From contig JBODTK010000010.1 of NCBI GenBank assembly GCA_050613775.1, positions 1,116,001 through 1,180,000 of the forward strand: a stretch of 64,000 nt of DNA, written 5' to 3'. The notes beneath the pieces are model-generated. The model searched no databases, was not told where the DNA came from, and saw only the letters and a list, made by a program, of their open reading frames with translations. The DNA is from Neocallimastix sp. 'constans'. Lineage: Eukaryota. Position 1 is the first letter of the stretch. Every line of letters starts with the position of its first letter. Shown here piece by piece: positions 12,288 to 24,800 of this stretch. The translations under genes and the position numbers were made by a program.

Positions 12288-12612
12288 TGTTAAAAATATT
12301 ATGATTGATCATTTCTTTTTTACGCATAATTATTACAACAGTATGTAGATTATATTTTATTTTTTATATTATATGCAAGTTCATAGAAAATATTTTTTTT
12401 TTTTTTTTTATAATCAAAATATAATCTAATTTTCTTTTTTATTCAAATATTATATTTATGTATATTATGTATATATATTATTTTATATAACTTATATAGA
12501 ATTGTATATACATAATATGAAATAATAATTAATATTTAATAAAAAAAAATGAATGTGTTTTTAAATTTAAAATTTTTTAAAAAGAATTCTTAATAATTTT
12601 TTATTTATGTAG

Positions 12613-12656
<44 letters not shown>

Positions 12657-12741
12657 TAATAATAAAAATAAAAATAAAAATAATATTTAATATTTTAATA
12701 TATAGTCATTTTTTACTATTTCTATAAAATAATACAAAATC

Positions 12742-12779
<38 letters not shown>

Positions 12780-12829
12780 TATTAAAGTACTTTATTATTT
12801 AAAAAAAATAAAATATAATATAATATAAT

Positions 12830-12832
<3 letters not shown>

Positions 12833-12877
<45 letters not shown>

Positions 12878-13855
12878 GGCAGCAAACTTGTTTCATCTTT
12901 TTTAATTAAATATTTGATAAAATACATGTAATAAAATAAAAAAAAGATAAAAAAATAAACAAAAAATAAAACACAAAATAAAATAAAATAATGGTATAAT
13001 ATATTCTAGTTTCATTTAATTAATATCTGTAAGCTTTAGCAATTCTAGCATCTAATCTATATCCGCTTCGTGCTCTCAATAGCCAATAGAAACCATATGA
13101 AAGATCAGGATATTCATAACAAAGTTTTATAAATTTTGATGTTTCTTCGAATTTGTTTTTTGTCATAAAGCTCAGCTTTAATAGAATTGCTTTTCATATC
13201 TCTATTCCAATAAAAATTATTGATTTTATTACCTAAATAGGTATAACATTTAGTTATTGGGATTGGTTGACCTGCAAGATAAAAAGTAGGATCTCTTTTA
13301 TTTTGAAAAAGAGGTGTGTCTGATCGAATCACCATCGTTGCACACTTGTTAATTCCAAAATTCATCATATTAAATTTAGTCCATTCATTTACCTTCTTAA
13401 GCATCTTTTTTTAACTTAGTTCTTGATGGTGCACATAGAACAATATCATCACCACAACATCTAGATTCGCCTAAAGGAATTCCAAGTTCTGAAAAATCAT
13501 TAAAAATGTTATTAATAAAAAGATTGAAAAGAATTGGTGATAATGGACAACCTTGTCTAACTCCTTTCATAATATTGAAAGATTCCGAATATTGATCATC
13601 AATTTTAACACTGGCTTTGGAAGTCAAATATAGATTTTTTATAAATTGATAACATTTACCTCTAATACCCAAAGCATCTAATTTATATAAAATATTACCT
13701 ATTGGAACAGAATCATATGCCTTTTTTAAAATCTAGAAAAGCAAGGTAAGTTTTCTTTATTATCATTTTTTACGCCTTTGACAAATTTCTCGAATTGAAA
13801 TAAATAAACTAACACATTCTTCTTTAGTACGAAATCCAAATTGCTCTGGCCTAAT
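12833..13855 (-). pseudogene. Decayed, internally deleted LINE (RT fragment + 3' end with poly(A))
   Basis: RPEQFGFR, KKAYDSVP, GVRQGCPLSP, CCG-DD (LFA lost), YTYLG then a jump to EYPDLSYGFYWLLRARSGY; frameshifts; poly(T) 12833-12874. Confidence 0.85.
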
Positions 13856-14733
13856 AATAATATAATAAAATAAAAATAAAATAAAAATAAAATAAAAATA
13901 AAATAAAAATAAAATAAAAATAAAATAAAAATAAAATTTTTCTTTTATGTTTTAAGCATTACACAAACTAGAAGGAAATATTGAACAATTTAAATAATTA
14001 AAATACCTGTAAATACTTTTATTCTATATATATATATATATATATATATAATGTATGTAAACTTTTAATATAAAAAAGTTTCTCACTATATAAATTAAAT
14101 AATCAAAAAAGTACATTTTATAATTTTTTAATAATATTAATATTTTTATTATTATTTTTGTTTCAAACTATATTAAGAAAAAAGATATTTTATAAAATAT
14201 GATAGAAATTTTTATTAAAAAATTGTAATAACAAATTATTATTTTTATTAAAAAAATTGTAATAATAAATTATTATTTTAATTAAATAATTTTTTTTTTC
14301 TTAAATAATATATATATATTTATTTAATATAAAAATAAAAATATAAAAAAATAAAAAAAAAAACATGTTTTTATTTATAAAATAAGAGTACAAGTAAAAA
14401 TTAATTAGTACATTTATATATATATATATACATTTTATATATAATATAAATAATTAAATAATTATGATAATGATTTTGATTATTGTTATAAATACAATTA
14501 TTATTAAAGATATGAAATTTATTTTTGAATTAGAATATTACGATTATTATTAAAGATATGAATTTTTTTTTTTTTTTTTTTTAACATATATATATATGAA
14601 AATGAAAATGAATATTATAATGAATATGAATTGGTATTTTTGATATGAATGTCTTTAATAGTGTATGATTAATTATTAGTATGAATAGAATTGTTAATAT
14701 TATTTGTTTATTTGATTAGTATTATTATTTATG

Positions 14734-14777
<44 letters not shown>

Positions 14778-14861
14778 TTCATTTAAATGATTTAAATTAT
14801 CTTAATTATTTTGTATTTTCATTATGATTTTATTTAGTTTTATTTTATTTTTTTTTTTTTT

Positions 14862-14900
<39 letters not shown>

Positions 14901-14906
14901 AATCAA

Positions 14907-17900
14907 TTAGTAAGGCATTACATGGGGTATATCTTTTCCATTAATTTTAGCTTCTATGGTATTATCCCAATAACGATATACGGATTTTTCACGACACATC
15001 TCACTCAAGGTATCCATTGTATTATAGATACTATGACATGAAAGAGGTTCCTCCGAATTACATTCAATACTTTGAATTTGTCCTACCTGGGAATCTAATA
15101 GTGGTACCGGATCCGACATAGGAACTACATTTACAAAGTTATTAATCAACTTTTTCAGCTCAATATCGTAGGTTTTATATGAATAGCCTAGACCTGGTGA
15201 TGAAAAAGTAATTGCTGGAATATTCAAATGTGCTGAAATTACTCCGGCTACTCCACCTCCAAGAGAATGGCCAGTAAGATAAATATTAGTGGTTGGATTA
15301 GCCTTTCTCAAGCTAATAATATGTTCTTCGACATCCACCCAATAAAGAAGTTGGAAATTAGTAAATTGTTTAACAATAAATTTTACTAATCCAGCTATGG
15401 TTTCTCTTGGCCAAAATTTAATGAACGTACCAAAGAAACCAGAGAGTTGAAGTAAGGCTGAAGCACTCCAGATATAGATATCTTGGAAAATATCCTCCAT
15501 GGTACTGGTACCACGAATGGCAACAACAATGGTGTTCGTTTCATTATTCACAAAATCAACAAATTGAACTCCAGATTCTGAATTAATATTATTATCACCG
15601 ATGGTGAAATTATTAGTAGAAGTTGATGGACGACTATAGAGCCAGGAGTACATGACATCCTTAGTGGTTTTATAATAACAAGCACAGGAAAGACTAGCAA
15701 ATTCATTAATGGTAATATTATCACCACGCCATTGACAGATGGCTGGTTTTGGAGATATTAATTTATCTACTTCACGATCCTTGGTGAAATCTTCATCAGC
15801 AGTACCTGCAAACATGATACCTATAATAAGGGAAGCCAATATAAATAAAATAGTTACCATTAAAATGGCAGTACTATTATAACGAGCACGTGTATTACGA
15901 CTATATTGCATTTCATTTCTAATATTTTTAACAGCTTTTTGGAATTCCAATTCTGGATTCTTTTTCTTCTGAGTGACCTTATAATCCTGACCATCAATAT
16001 CAATATATATATTTTTAGGTAAATCGTCATTATTAAATTCCGTTATTGAATCATAACTTATTATTTCTTCGTTCATTCCACCAAAGATATAATCGGAGGT
16101 ATCATAAAATGATGGAATAGCAATTTCAGGATCTCCCATATTTTTTCCTTTATTCTTGTAATTGTCACTGATATTATTGTATTTGGAATTATTGGATTCA
16201 GCGATTATTTTCTCACCATTAACAGGACGACCAACAATCATAGTTTGAATATTTGAAGTACTGAGATATTTATTACTATTTTTACTATTATTATTACTAT
16301 TATCATTACTATTATTATTACTATTATTATTATTAGTAGTAGTAGGAGTAGCAGTAGGAGTAAAAGTAGAAGTAGTAGTATTATAACTATTATAATTACT
16401 ATTATTATTACCATTATTATTACTATTATTATTACCATTATTATTACTATTATTATTACTATTATTATTATTATTATGACTAGTAGTAGTATTTTTATTA
16501 TTTTTATTATTTTTATTTAAATTTTCATTTAATTTTTTGGTCCGGTTAGAGGAGGTGGTTCTATCAGATCTATTAAAGTGATAGCCTCTCTTTTTATCAT
16601 AATGTTCGTAATCAATTTCAGAACGGAGATTAAGATTAGGATTAAATAAATCAAAGAAGGTCTTACGAGTTGCATTTTCATCATCCCATGTATAACGAGG
16701 ATCTGGATAAACTAAGAAATTAGCGTAAGCTAACACAATGAAAGCCATTGGAATATAACCATTGGTAATAATAGCACGCATACCAATAACAAAGATAAAT
16801 TCAATAATGATTAAAGTCATAAATAAAAATTTCCTAGCTTTCATGGATTGAAAAAAGGGTACTGGAATTAAAAATAGAACATCCTGACATAATAAAAGTA
16901 AAATAAAGATAACATGAGTGACGGCATCTTTATTAAGATTATCTGAAGTTTTATCATAATCTGAAACTTCTGAATATCTGTAATAATTTAAAAAGGCCAT
17001 AAAAGTAATACCAACAACATATTTAATAAATCTAGTAATAAAGATCGTTAAACAACCTTTCCATGTAATAAGAGTTTTAATATCCCATGTTAAAAGAGCC
17101 TTCCGTCTAATAAAAGGCTTATTTGAATTCAAAATATAGCTGAAACTATCCTCTTCTAATTTTTCGGATTTGTTATTAATTTCATTTTCATTAGCAATAG
17201 AGTTAATGTTTTCAATCGAATTAGGTTGCAAGGAAGTAGTAGCATTATCCATAAATGGAACTTGATTATTAATATTTATGTTATTAATATTGACAACATT
17301 TGAAGAGGAGGAAGGAGCCTCTTCTATATCGATAAAAGAATTAGCATCATTTGAAATAGTTTCATCAGAAATATTAATATCTATATTATTATCGTTGTTA
17401 CTATTTTCATTATTATCTTTATCTATATCAATTTTTGTTTTATTCCAATTGGTATCATTAACTTGTTGCTGATCATTATTATTAATATTACTGTTTGTTT
17501 TAGAATTACCTTTACGAAACAAACTAGATTTTGATTTAAATTTACTCAACCAAGAAACTTTTGTTATTTTATTCACGATTTGATCGTTATTTTTCTTATT
17601 ATCGATATAATTTTTGTGAGTAGCATCCATTTCAGCATTAACTTTATTTTTAATTTTTTCATTTTTTTTATCCAACTTTTCCTTGGAAAGAATATGACAT
17701 TTAACTAAAAATTTACGAAGACTTTTTCTATAACGAATTGGTAAAAGAATGACAAGAGCGACAATAATGACAGTAATTTTCCAAACATCGGGATCAAAAG
17801 AACCAAAAATAAAAGCAGCTACTCCAATAGAAATAATCATGTGTATTAATAAATCTAATACATAATCGAGGGAACTTTCACCCCCTTCTAAACCATTTGT

Positions 17901-18968
17901 AGTACAATAGGTTAAACGTAAATAGCTCGTTTGATTATCAATACGTTCATTTATATCTAAATAAAATGGAGCATCATAATAAAATTCATCTAATCTTCTA
18001 AAAAATTTGATAAAAAGAATTAAGCGGGAAAAAAGATTTAAAGTAACAATGGTTACAGCACCTCCTCCAACAAATAACAAACATATTGTTCCTGTAAGCT
18101 TCCAATAGCCAAAAATGCATGCAATTAAAATGACAGGAGCAAAACATAAAATTAAAAATATAATAAATATTGTCAGGTTGACCCTTTCATACCAAATTTT
18201 AGGGTGTTCCTTATATTTTTCAGGCATAGTCCACTGCGCAATTTTTAGACTTAAAAAATAACCTAAAACTCTTTTAATAAAAATATCATTAATGGAAGAA
18301 CCTATTTTTGAATGTATGATCGAATGTATTGCTCTGAGATAAGTTCTCCAAAATGATCTCATAATATAATATAAAGCATCAAAATAAAAGGCGAAAAACA
18401 GCAACTGAACAAATGAATTAACATCATCAATTTGAACACATACATAACCCACATTTATAGTGATACAGAGCATAATAACAGTTAATAATACTATACCAGC
18501 CGTTATAAATAAAATCAATAAAAGCTTCAATAATCCTACAATAACTTTATGTCTGTGTAAACGAACATCAGGTCCACGAGGACCATTAATAACTTCTTCA
18601 AATTTTCCAGGTTTATATTTTTTTTTAAGAGCATCTGATTGCTTTAATAATGTATTAAATGTTTTATTCCTATGTCTTATATATATTCTTCTTCTACGTT
18701 TTGTTCCTTCTGCATAACTTTTATTTCTTGCTTCATTTTTGTTATTTTTACTGTTGTTATTATTGTTATCTCTATTGTCATTATTATTATGATTGCTATT
18801 ACTTTTGCTATTTTCACTATAATTGTTACTATTACTGTTATTATTGTTAAAATTTTTATTGCCGTCAATTTCATTAATATTAATTATACTAGAATGATTG
18901 TTTTCTATACGCTCCTTTGTATCAATCTGATAATCAAAGGATTTTATATTTTCTTCATTATTATTCAT
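14907..18968 (-). CDS. Multi-pass membrane protein with C-terminal class-3 lipase (Atg15-like) domain
   Basis: 1353-aa ORF; many hydrophobic segments separated by Asn-rich loops; VVAIRGT and LTGHSLGGG...PAITFSSPG, SDPVP, CHSI fit the Ser/Asp/His lipase-3 pattern. Confidence 0.85.
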   Translation of the reverse strand: MNNNEENIKSFDYQIDTKERIENNHSSIININEIDGNKNFNNNNSNSNNYSENSKSNSNHNNNDNRDNNNNNSKNNKNEARNKSYAEGTKRRRRIYIRHRNKTFNTLLKQSDALKKKYKPGKFEEVINGPRGPDVRLHRHKVIVGLLKLLLILFITAGIVLLTVIMLCITINVGYVCVQIDDVNSFVQLLFFAFYFDALYYIMRSFWRTYLRAIHSIIHSKIGSSINDIFIKRVLGYFLSLKIAQWTMPEKYKEHPKIWYERVNLTIFIIFLILCFAPVILIACIFGYWKLTGTICLLFVGGGAVTIVTLNLFSRLILFIKFFRRLDEFYYDAPFYLDINERIDNQTSYLRLTYCTTNGLEGGESSLDYVLDLLIHMIISIGVAAFIFGSFDPDVWKITVIIVALVILLPIRYRKSLRKFLVKCHILSKEKLDKKNEKIKNKVNAEMDATHKNYIDNKKNNDQIVNKITKVSWLSKFKSKSSLFRKGNSKTNSNINNNDQQQVNDTNWNKTKIDIDKDNNENSNNDNNIDINISDETISNDANSFIDIEEAPSSSSNVVNINNININNQVPFMDNATTSLQPNSIENINSIANENEINNKSEKLEEDSFSYILNSNKPFIRRKALLTWDIKTLITWKGCLTIFITRFIKYVVGITFMAFLNYYRYSEVSDYDKTSDNLNKDAVTHVIFILLLLCQDVLFLIPVPFFQSMKARKFLFMTLIIIEFIFVIGMRAIITNGYIPMAFIVLAYANFLVYPDPRYTWDDENATRKTFFDLFNPNLNLRSEIDYEHYDKKRGYHFNRSDRTTSSNRTKKLNENLNKNNKNNKNTTTSHNNNNNSNNNSNNNGNNNSNNNGNNNSNYNSYNTTTSTFTPTATPTTTNNNNSNNNSNDNSNNNSKNSNKYLSTSNIQTMIVGRPVNGEKIIAESNNSKYNNISDNYKNKGKNMGDPEIAIPSFYDTSDYIFGGMNEEIISYDSITEFNNDDLPKNIYIDIDGQDYKVTQKKKNPELEFQKAVKNIRNEMQYSRNTRARYNSTAILMVTILFILASLIIGIMFAGTADEDFTKDREVDKLISPKPAICQWRGDNITINEFASLSCACYYKTTKDVMYSWLYSRPSTSTNNFTIGDNNINSESGVQFVDFVNNETNTIVVAIRGTSTMEDIFQDIYIWSASALLQLSGFFGTFIKFWPRETIAGLVKFIVKQFTNFQLLYWVDVEEHIISLRKANPTTNIYLTGHSLGGGVAGVISAHLNIPAITFSSPGLGYSYKTYDIELKKLINNFVNVVPMSDPVPLLDSQVGQIQSIECNSEEPLSCHSIYNTMDTLSEMCREKSVYRYWDNTIEAKINGKDIPHVMPY

Positions 18969-19719
18969 TGTTATAGTTTATTTCAATTTAAAAAAAAAAA
19001 ATAAAAATAAAAAGAACATTTTTTTTTTTTTTTTTAATTTTTATTACTATATTTTATACTTTTAATTTTTGAATTGAGAGTATTATTGAATTGACTTCTA
19101 ATTTCTTAAAAAACAAATAATATTTTTTATTCAATTAATTATAATATATTATATTATATATACTTTTAAATATATAAAACAAAATTTAAACTTTGATATG
19201 ATTATTCTATTTTACAATTTCTTTTATTAAATTAACTTTTTAATATATAAATTAATATTTTTAATCAAATATGAATACTTTCAAATATAAAATATATATA
19301 TGTATAAATTACTTCACATTCAATCGTTTAAATACAAAAATTCAATCATAATTTATCATTTTTTCAATTTCATTTCCTTTTTAACTTTTTATTATTTTTA
19401 TTTTATATAATATGGTCAATTATTAAATTCTTTTAATAATTTCACTTTCTTTTTTATAAATTTTTAAATTTTTATTTTTTATTATTATATTAATATTATT
19501 ATTATTTTATTATTTTACAAAAAAAAAATAAAGAAAAGCAATTTATCATTTTCATTATAAACAAAAAGGTATCACAAAAATTTAAATTTATAATAAATAA
19601 AATTTTAATCTTATTTAATAATTAATAATAAAATTATTTGTATTACTAATATATAAAAAAAAAAAATCATATCATTCGAAGTTATTTCCTATTTAAGTAA
19701 TTATTTTCCATGATTATTA

Positions 19720-20180
19720 TTCAATTATTCAATTATTTATTATTTAATTATTATTCAATTATTTATTATTCAATTATTCAATTATTTTATTATTCAATTA
19801 TTCAATTATTTTATTACTCAATTATTTATTATTTATTATTCAATTATTTATTATTCAATTATTTATTATTCAATTATTTATTATTTATTTATTTATTATT
19901 TATTATTTATTATTTAATTATTTTTATTATTTATTATTTATATATTATTTATTATTCAATTATTTATTATTTATTTATTTATTATTTATTATTTATTATT
20001 TATTATTTATTATTTATTATTTATTATTTAATTATTTTTATTATTTATTATTTATATATTATTATTATTTATTATTTATTATTTATTATTTATTATTTAT
20101 TATTTAATTATTTTTATTATTTATTATTTATATATTATTATTATTTATTATTTAATTATTTATTGTTTATTATTTATAAC
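19720..20180. repeat. Degenerate (TTATTAT)n-type satellite; the same class recurs at 36190-36600, 43760-44360 and 48890-49560
   Basis: Direct reading. Confidence 0.85.
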
Positions 20181-20517
20181 ATTATTTATGTTATATACAT
20201 TTTTTTTTAATTTTTTTTTTAATTTTAATTTCATATATTATTAATTAATTTGTATATATAAAAGAATATATAAATAGATTAAATTTATTAAATAATTTCA
20301 TTTACTTGTAGTAAACTTTCATTATTAAAAGTTTCTTATTTTAATTATATTTTAATTATCAAATAATATATTAAATCCTTTGTTTCAATATATTACAATA
20401 ATTGTTTATTGGAATTCGCTAGTCATAAAAATTTCTTAATATAAATCATTAGCATTTTTTTTTTTAATTTAATTTAAATCCGTTATAATTAAATTATTCA
20501 TTAATTTGTTTATATAT

Positions 20518-20672
<155 letters not shown>

Positions 20673-20811
20673 TTAATAATTTAGTATGACTAATTATGTC
20701 AGAATTAATATAAATCACATGTTTGAATATAAAAAAGAATAAAAAAATTTTTATTTCTTGGTATTTTTTATTAATTTTTAGCCACATACATTTATCAATG
20801 CATTAGTAATG

Positions 20812-21314
20812 GGGGGTGTCATTTCGAAAATTTGCATTAAAAAATAAAATGTTAATTTATTTTTATTTTATTTTTTAAGCATTAAAAAATAAAATGTTTA
20901 TTTTTTATTTTATTTTTCAATGTTAAATAGAAATACCTAACCTAATTATTATTTATTGAAGTGTTGTATTTCGCCAAAAGTTGAATTTCGTCCAGTTGAA
21001 TTTAGCCAAATTCTTGGTGGCTTATAAATTTTCGTCATAAAATATCACCACATTTATTATTCACGCCATATTGTAAATATATGGCTTTTTAAAAATTGTA
21101 GAAAAAGCCACAAAATTATGATACAATTAGATATACGCCCCACGTAAGATTACGTGTTTGAAAATTTTTGAGAATTGTAATTTTATTTATTTAATTAATT
21201 AATTATTATTCATTAAATTTTTAATAAAATTAAGTGGTTTAAAATTAAAAATATTTAAGCCATACAACAAAATACAAATTTTTGTAATAAAAATTTTCGA
21301 AATGCACACTCCCC
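20812..21314. mobile_element. Mutator-like MITE
   Basis: Termini GGGGGTGTCATTTCGAAAATTT / AAATTTTCGAAATGCACACTCCCC; exact 9-bp TSD TTAGTAATG at 20803-20811 and 21315-21323. Confidence 0.85.
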
Positions 21315-21668
21315 TTAGTAATGGCTTTATAATTAATAAATAGAAAAGTAACATTTCTAAAAATAAAAAAAATATATTTTGGAAAATGTGGCTTTTTTAA
21401 ATTTTAATAAATAAAATAATGTTAAATTGATCTTTGATTGTTATTTACATTATTTATGTTAATACATAATTAAATGTAAATCATTAAATTTATCATGCGC
21501 ATGTAAATAATCTCTTTATTCTTGTTTATTCACGTGAAATAATAATATAGTTTATATAAAAATAATTGTTTATTTTATAGACGAAAATTTGCGACTTTCG
21601 TCAATAAGTAATTTTATAATAAATAAATAAATGTATAAATAATTAATAATTAAATAAATTCCTTTAAT

Positions 21669-21684
21669 AGATTAAGAGTCTCAT
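21669..21684 (+). other. Primer-binding site complementary to the anticodon arm of tRNA-Lys(CUU)
   Basis: AGATTAAGAGTCTCAT is the reverse complement of ATGAGACTCTTAATCT, the typical eukaryotic tRNA-Lys(CUU) anticodon stem-loop sequence; it lies immediately 3' of the LTR and no TGG-type PBS is present. Confidence 0.7.
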
Positions 21685-21856
21685 CTGTACTCTTAACATT
21701 CTCATATAATATTGATAAAATAATATAAAATATCTTTATTAAAATAAAATATTAATTAAATAAAATATTAATAAAATTACATAATAAAAACACAAAATAA
21801 TCTTCTTAAAACCCAAATATATAATAATATTAATTATTAAATTAAAAATCAATTAA

Positions 21857-24800
21857 ATGAGTGATTTTATCCCGTTCAAAAAGGAAGCCATATTGAATGG
21901 CAAAAATTTTAATATATGGTATGATAATTTAACGGACATATTGGAGAAAGGTGACTTAGCTGAATATCTAACTAAAGATATATTGGAAGAAGCCAAAAGG
22001 GACAATACCAAAAAGGAAGAAGAAATAAAGGAAATCAAGAAAACGAACACAAAAGTCCGTTATATTATTAAAAATACCATAAATTCCAAAATCCATGAAG
22101 ATATTATTGGCATGAACACTCCATATGCCATAATAAATTATCTAAGAGAAGAATACAAATTAAGTGAGAATGACATGACTCAATGGATTAGTAAACTTAA
22201 AAATGTCAAAGCTGAAAAGGAAACAGAAATACCTTCAGCTATTAAGGAAATCTTTAAATTATTTAATGGCATGAACTCCTCCGGAAATATTATCTCCGAA
22301 AAAGAAAAAGTAAAATATTTATTAAGAGCATTACCAAAAAGTTATAAAATGAAATTAACTTTAAATGGTAATGAAACAGCCGAAGAATTAAAAACAACTA
22401 TAGTAAAAGATATAAACACCTGGTTATATGTCGATGAACAAACAGATAAAGACCAACGATCATATGATCCAATGGACATCGACTATGCTGGGAAACTTGG
22501 ATACAAGAATAGGAAAAATTTAAAAAACAAGAACAATAATAAAAATTTTTCCAAAAAAGGAAATCCAAGTAAACAAAACAACAAAGAAAAATTTAATAAT
22601 AATAAATATAACAATAATAATAAATACTGCGAAATCTGTGAAAGGAGGGGTCATTCTACCAAAGAATGTAGGTATAATCCAAGAAACCCAAATGGATTAT
22701 ACAATAAATACTACATTCAAGATGAACAAAAATTAAATAATTATCACACTAATAATAATTGGCATAATGGAAGACCCATAAGATATATTAATTTAAATGA
22801 TGAAAATAATGAAAATATATCTTATGATGATATAAAGCCAATGTTTTATAAATATTATAATCCTAAAAGCAAAGGAAAATATGTGGATGATGATGATTCA
22901 GATGAATATCAAGAATCTGAAAAATCAAATTGTTTCATAAATTATGATAAAGAAGACGTTAAAAATGAAGTTTTAATTAAAAATAATATAATAACACGAG
23001 TAGAAAATAAATTAAATTTAGCTAATGAAATTTTTATAAATAATATTAATAAAAAGGAAATAAATACAAATAATACAAATGAAATTTTTAATATTAATTA
23101 CAATAAAAAAGAAACATCAGAATGGTTATATGATTCAGGTGCTGGTGAACATATAACTAATGATCTAAGTCTGCTTAAAAATTTTAAAAAAGAAAAAATA
23201 AAGTTAAGATGTGCCAATAATACTTATTGCTATTTTGAAGGCCATGGTGAATTTGAATTTACTATTAATAATTATCATTTTAAATTTAACAAAGTATTAT
23301 ATTCAAAAGAAGTAGCTAAAAATATTATTAGTGGAATAGAATGGGCAAAACAAGATGTTAAAACCTTGACAGAAAAGGATAAACACAATAATATTATCCT
23401 CAGAATTTTAGATAACAATTATAATATTATTGCCACATTCCAAGCTAATAATAACAATGAAGTTAAAATTGTAGTTACTCATTTCAATATTGAAAATGAA
23501 AGAAATAATAAAAATAATCTTATGGCAATCCAAAATTTTCGGAATGCTGAAGAGTTAACTTGGCATCGACGGCTTGGTCATTTCTACCAAGAAGATTTGA
23601 AGAATTATCTAAATAATCATGAAATTAACTTAGATAAGTGTGATGATTGCAAAATTGCGAAAATGAAACGCAATCCACACAATAAAACTCCTCCTAGAAC
23701 TAAAGAGATCTTAGAAGTTATACATTCAGATATTATTGGTCCTATTAACACATCATACACAGGAAAAAGGTTTATACTTACTATCTTAGATGAAGCTTCT
23801 AGAAAATCATGGGTTTTTATAATGAAGAGTAAATCAGAAGCTACTGATATTATTATCAATACCTTAAGAATGCTTAATAATAAATATAAGGATCATAAAA
23901 TTAAAGTTTTTAAATCGGATAACGCAAAGGAATATAAAAACAAGAAAATTGATTCCTTTTGCAATGAAAATGGAATTGAAAAAGTATTCTCTCCTCCGTA
24001 TAATCCTGAAAATAATGGACTATGTGAAAGATTTAATCTTACTATTGTTTCCTGCGCGAAAACCTTGTTATATTGGAGTGGACTTAGTGAAAACTTCTGG
24101 GACTTTGCGATATTATACGCTAACTATATATACAACAAAGTTCCTCATTCTGGAATTCATAACAAAATTCCAGATGAAATATTCTACAAAAACAAAGTAA
24201 AAATTAATCACATCAAGGTATTCGGTTGTATCACCTTCTATATTGACAGAAGCCAAAATAAATCCAAATTTTCACCTAATTCTAAGAAAGGAATTTTTCT
24301 TGGATTTAGTGAAAAAACTAATAGCTATATTATTATGGATTTCAATGATAATTCAATTCATTATTGTAGAGAAATTTACTGTTTAGAAGATACTCCTGCT
24401 AATGTAAAATTAGCAAACAATAAATCAAATCAATATGGTGATCAGGAATTTCTTACTTTTGATTTTTATTTTTCGAAGAATTTACCAGACTCATCTGGTG
24501 GAGAAAATCATAAAGCTGGTAACCATAGTAGTAAACCTTCTGAAAATAAATTTAATAACAACAACAAAGAAAATAGCAAAAATACCAAAGAAAATTATTC
24601 ATCATTACCTATCACAAACAATGATGATTTACAAGAAAATTTAAATAAGGACAATTCCCCTAAAAGAGATAAAGGGAAAAGCCCAGAGACTGAGGATTCT
24701 AACGATACCAATATCAATAATAATATTGGTAAGGACAAAGAAATAAAAATCGCAGAAGAAGAGACCCAAAACTACAAAAATCAAGAAAATTTCAAAAATC

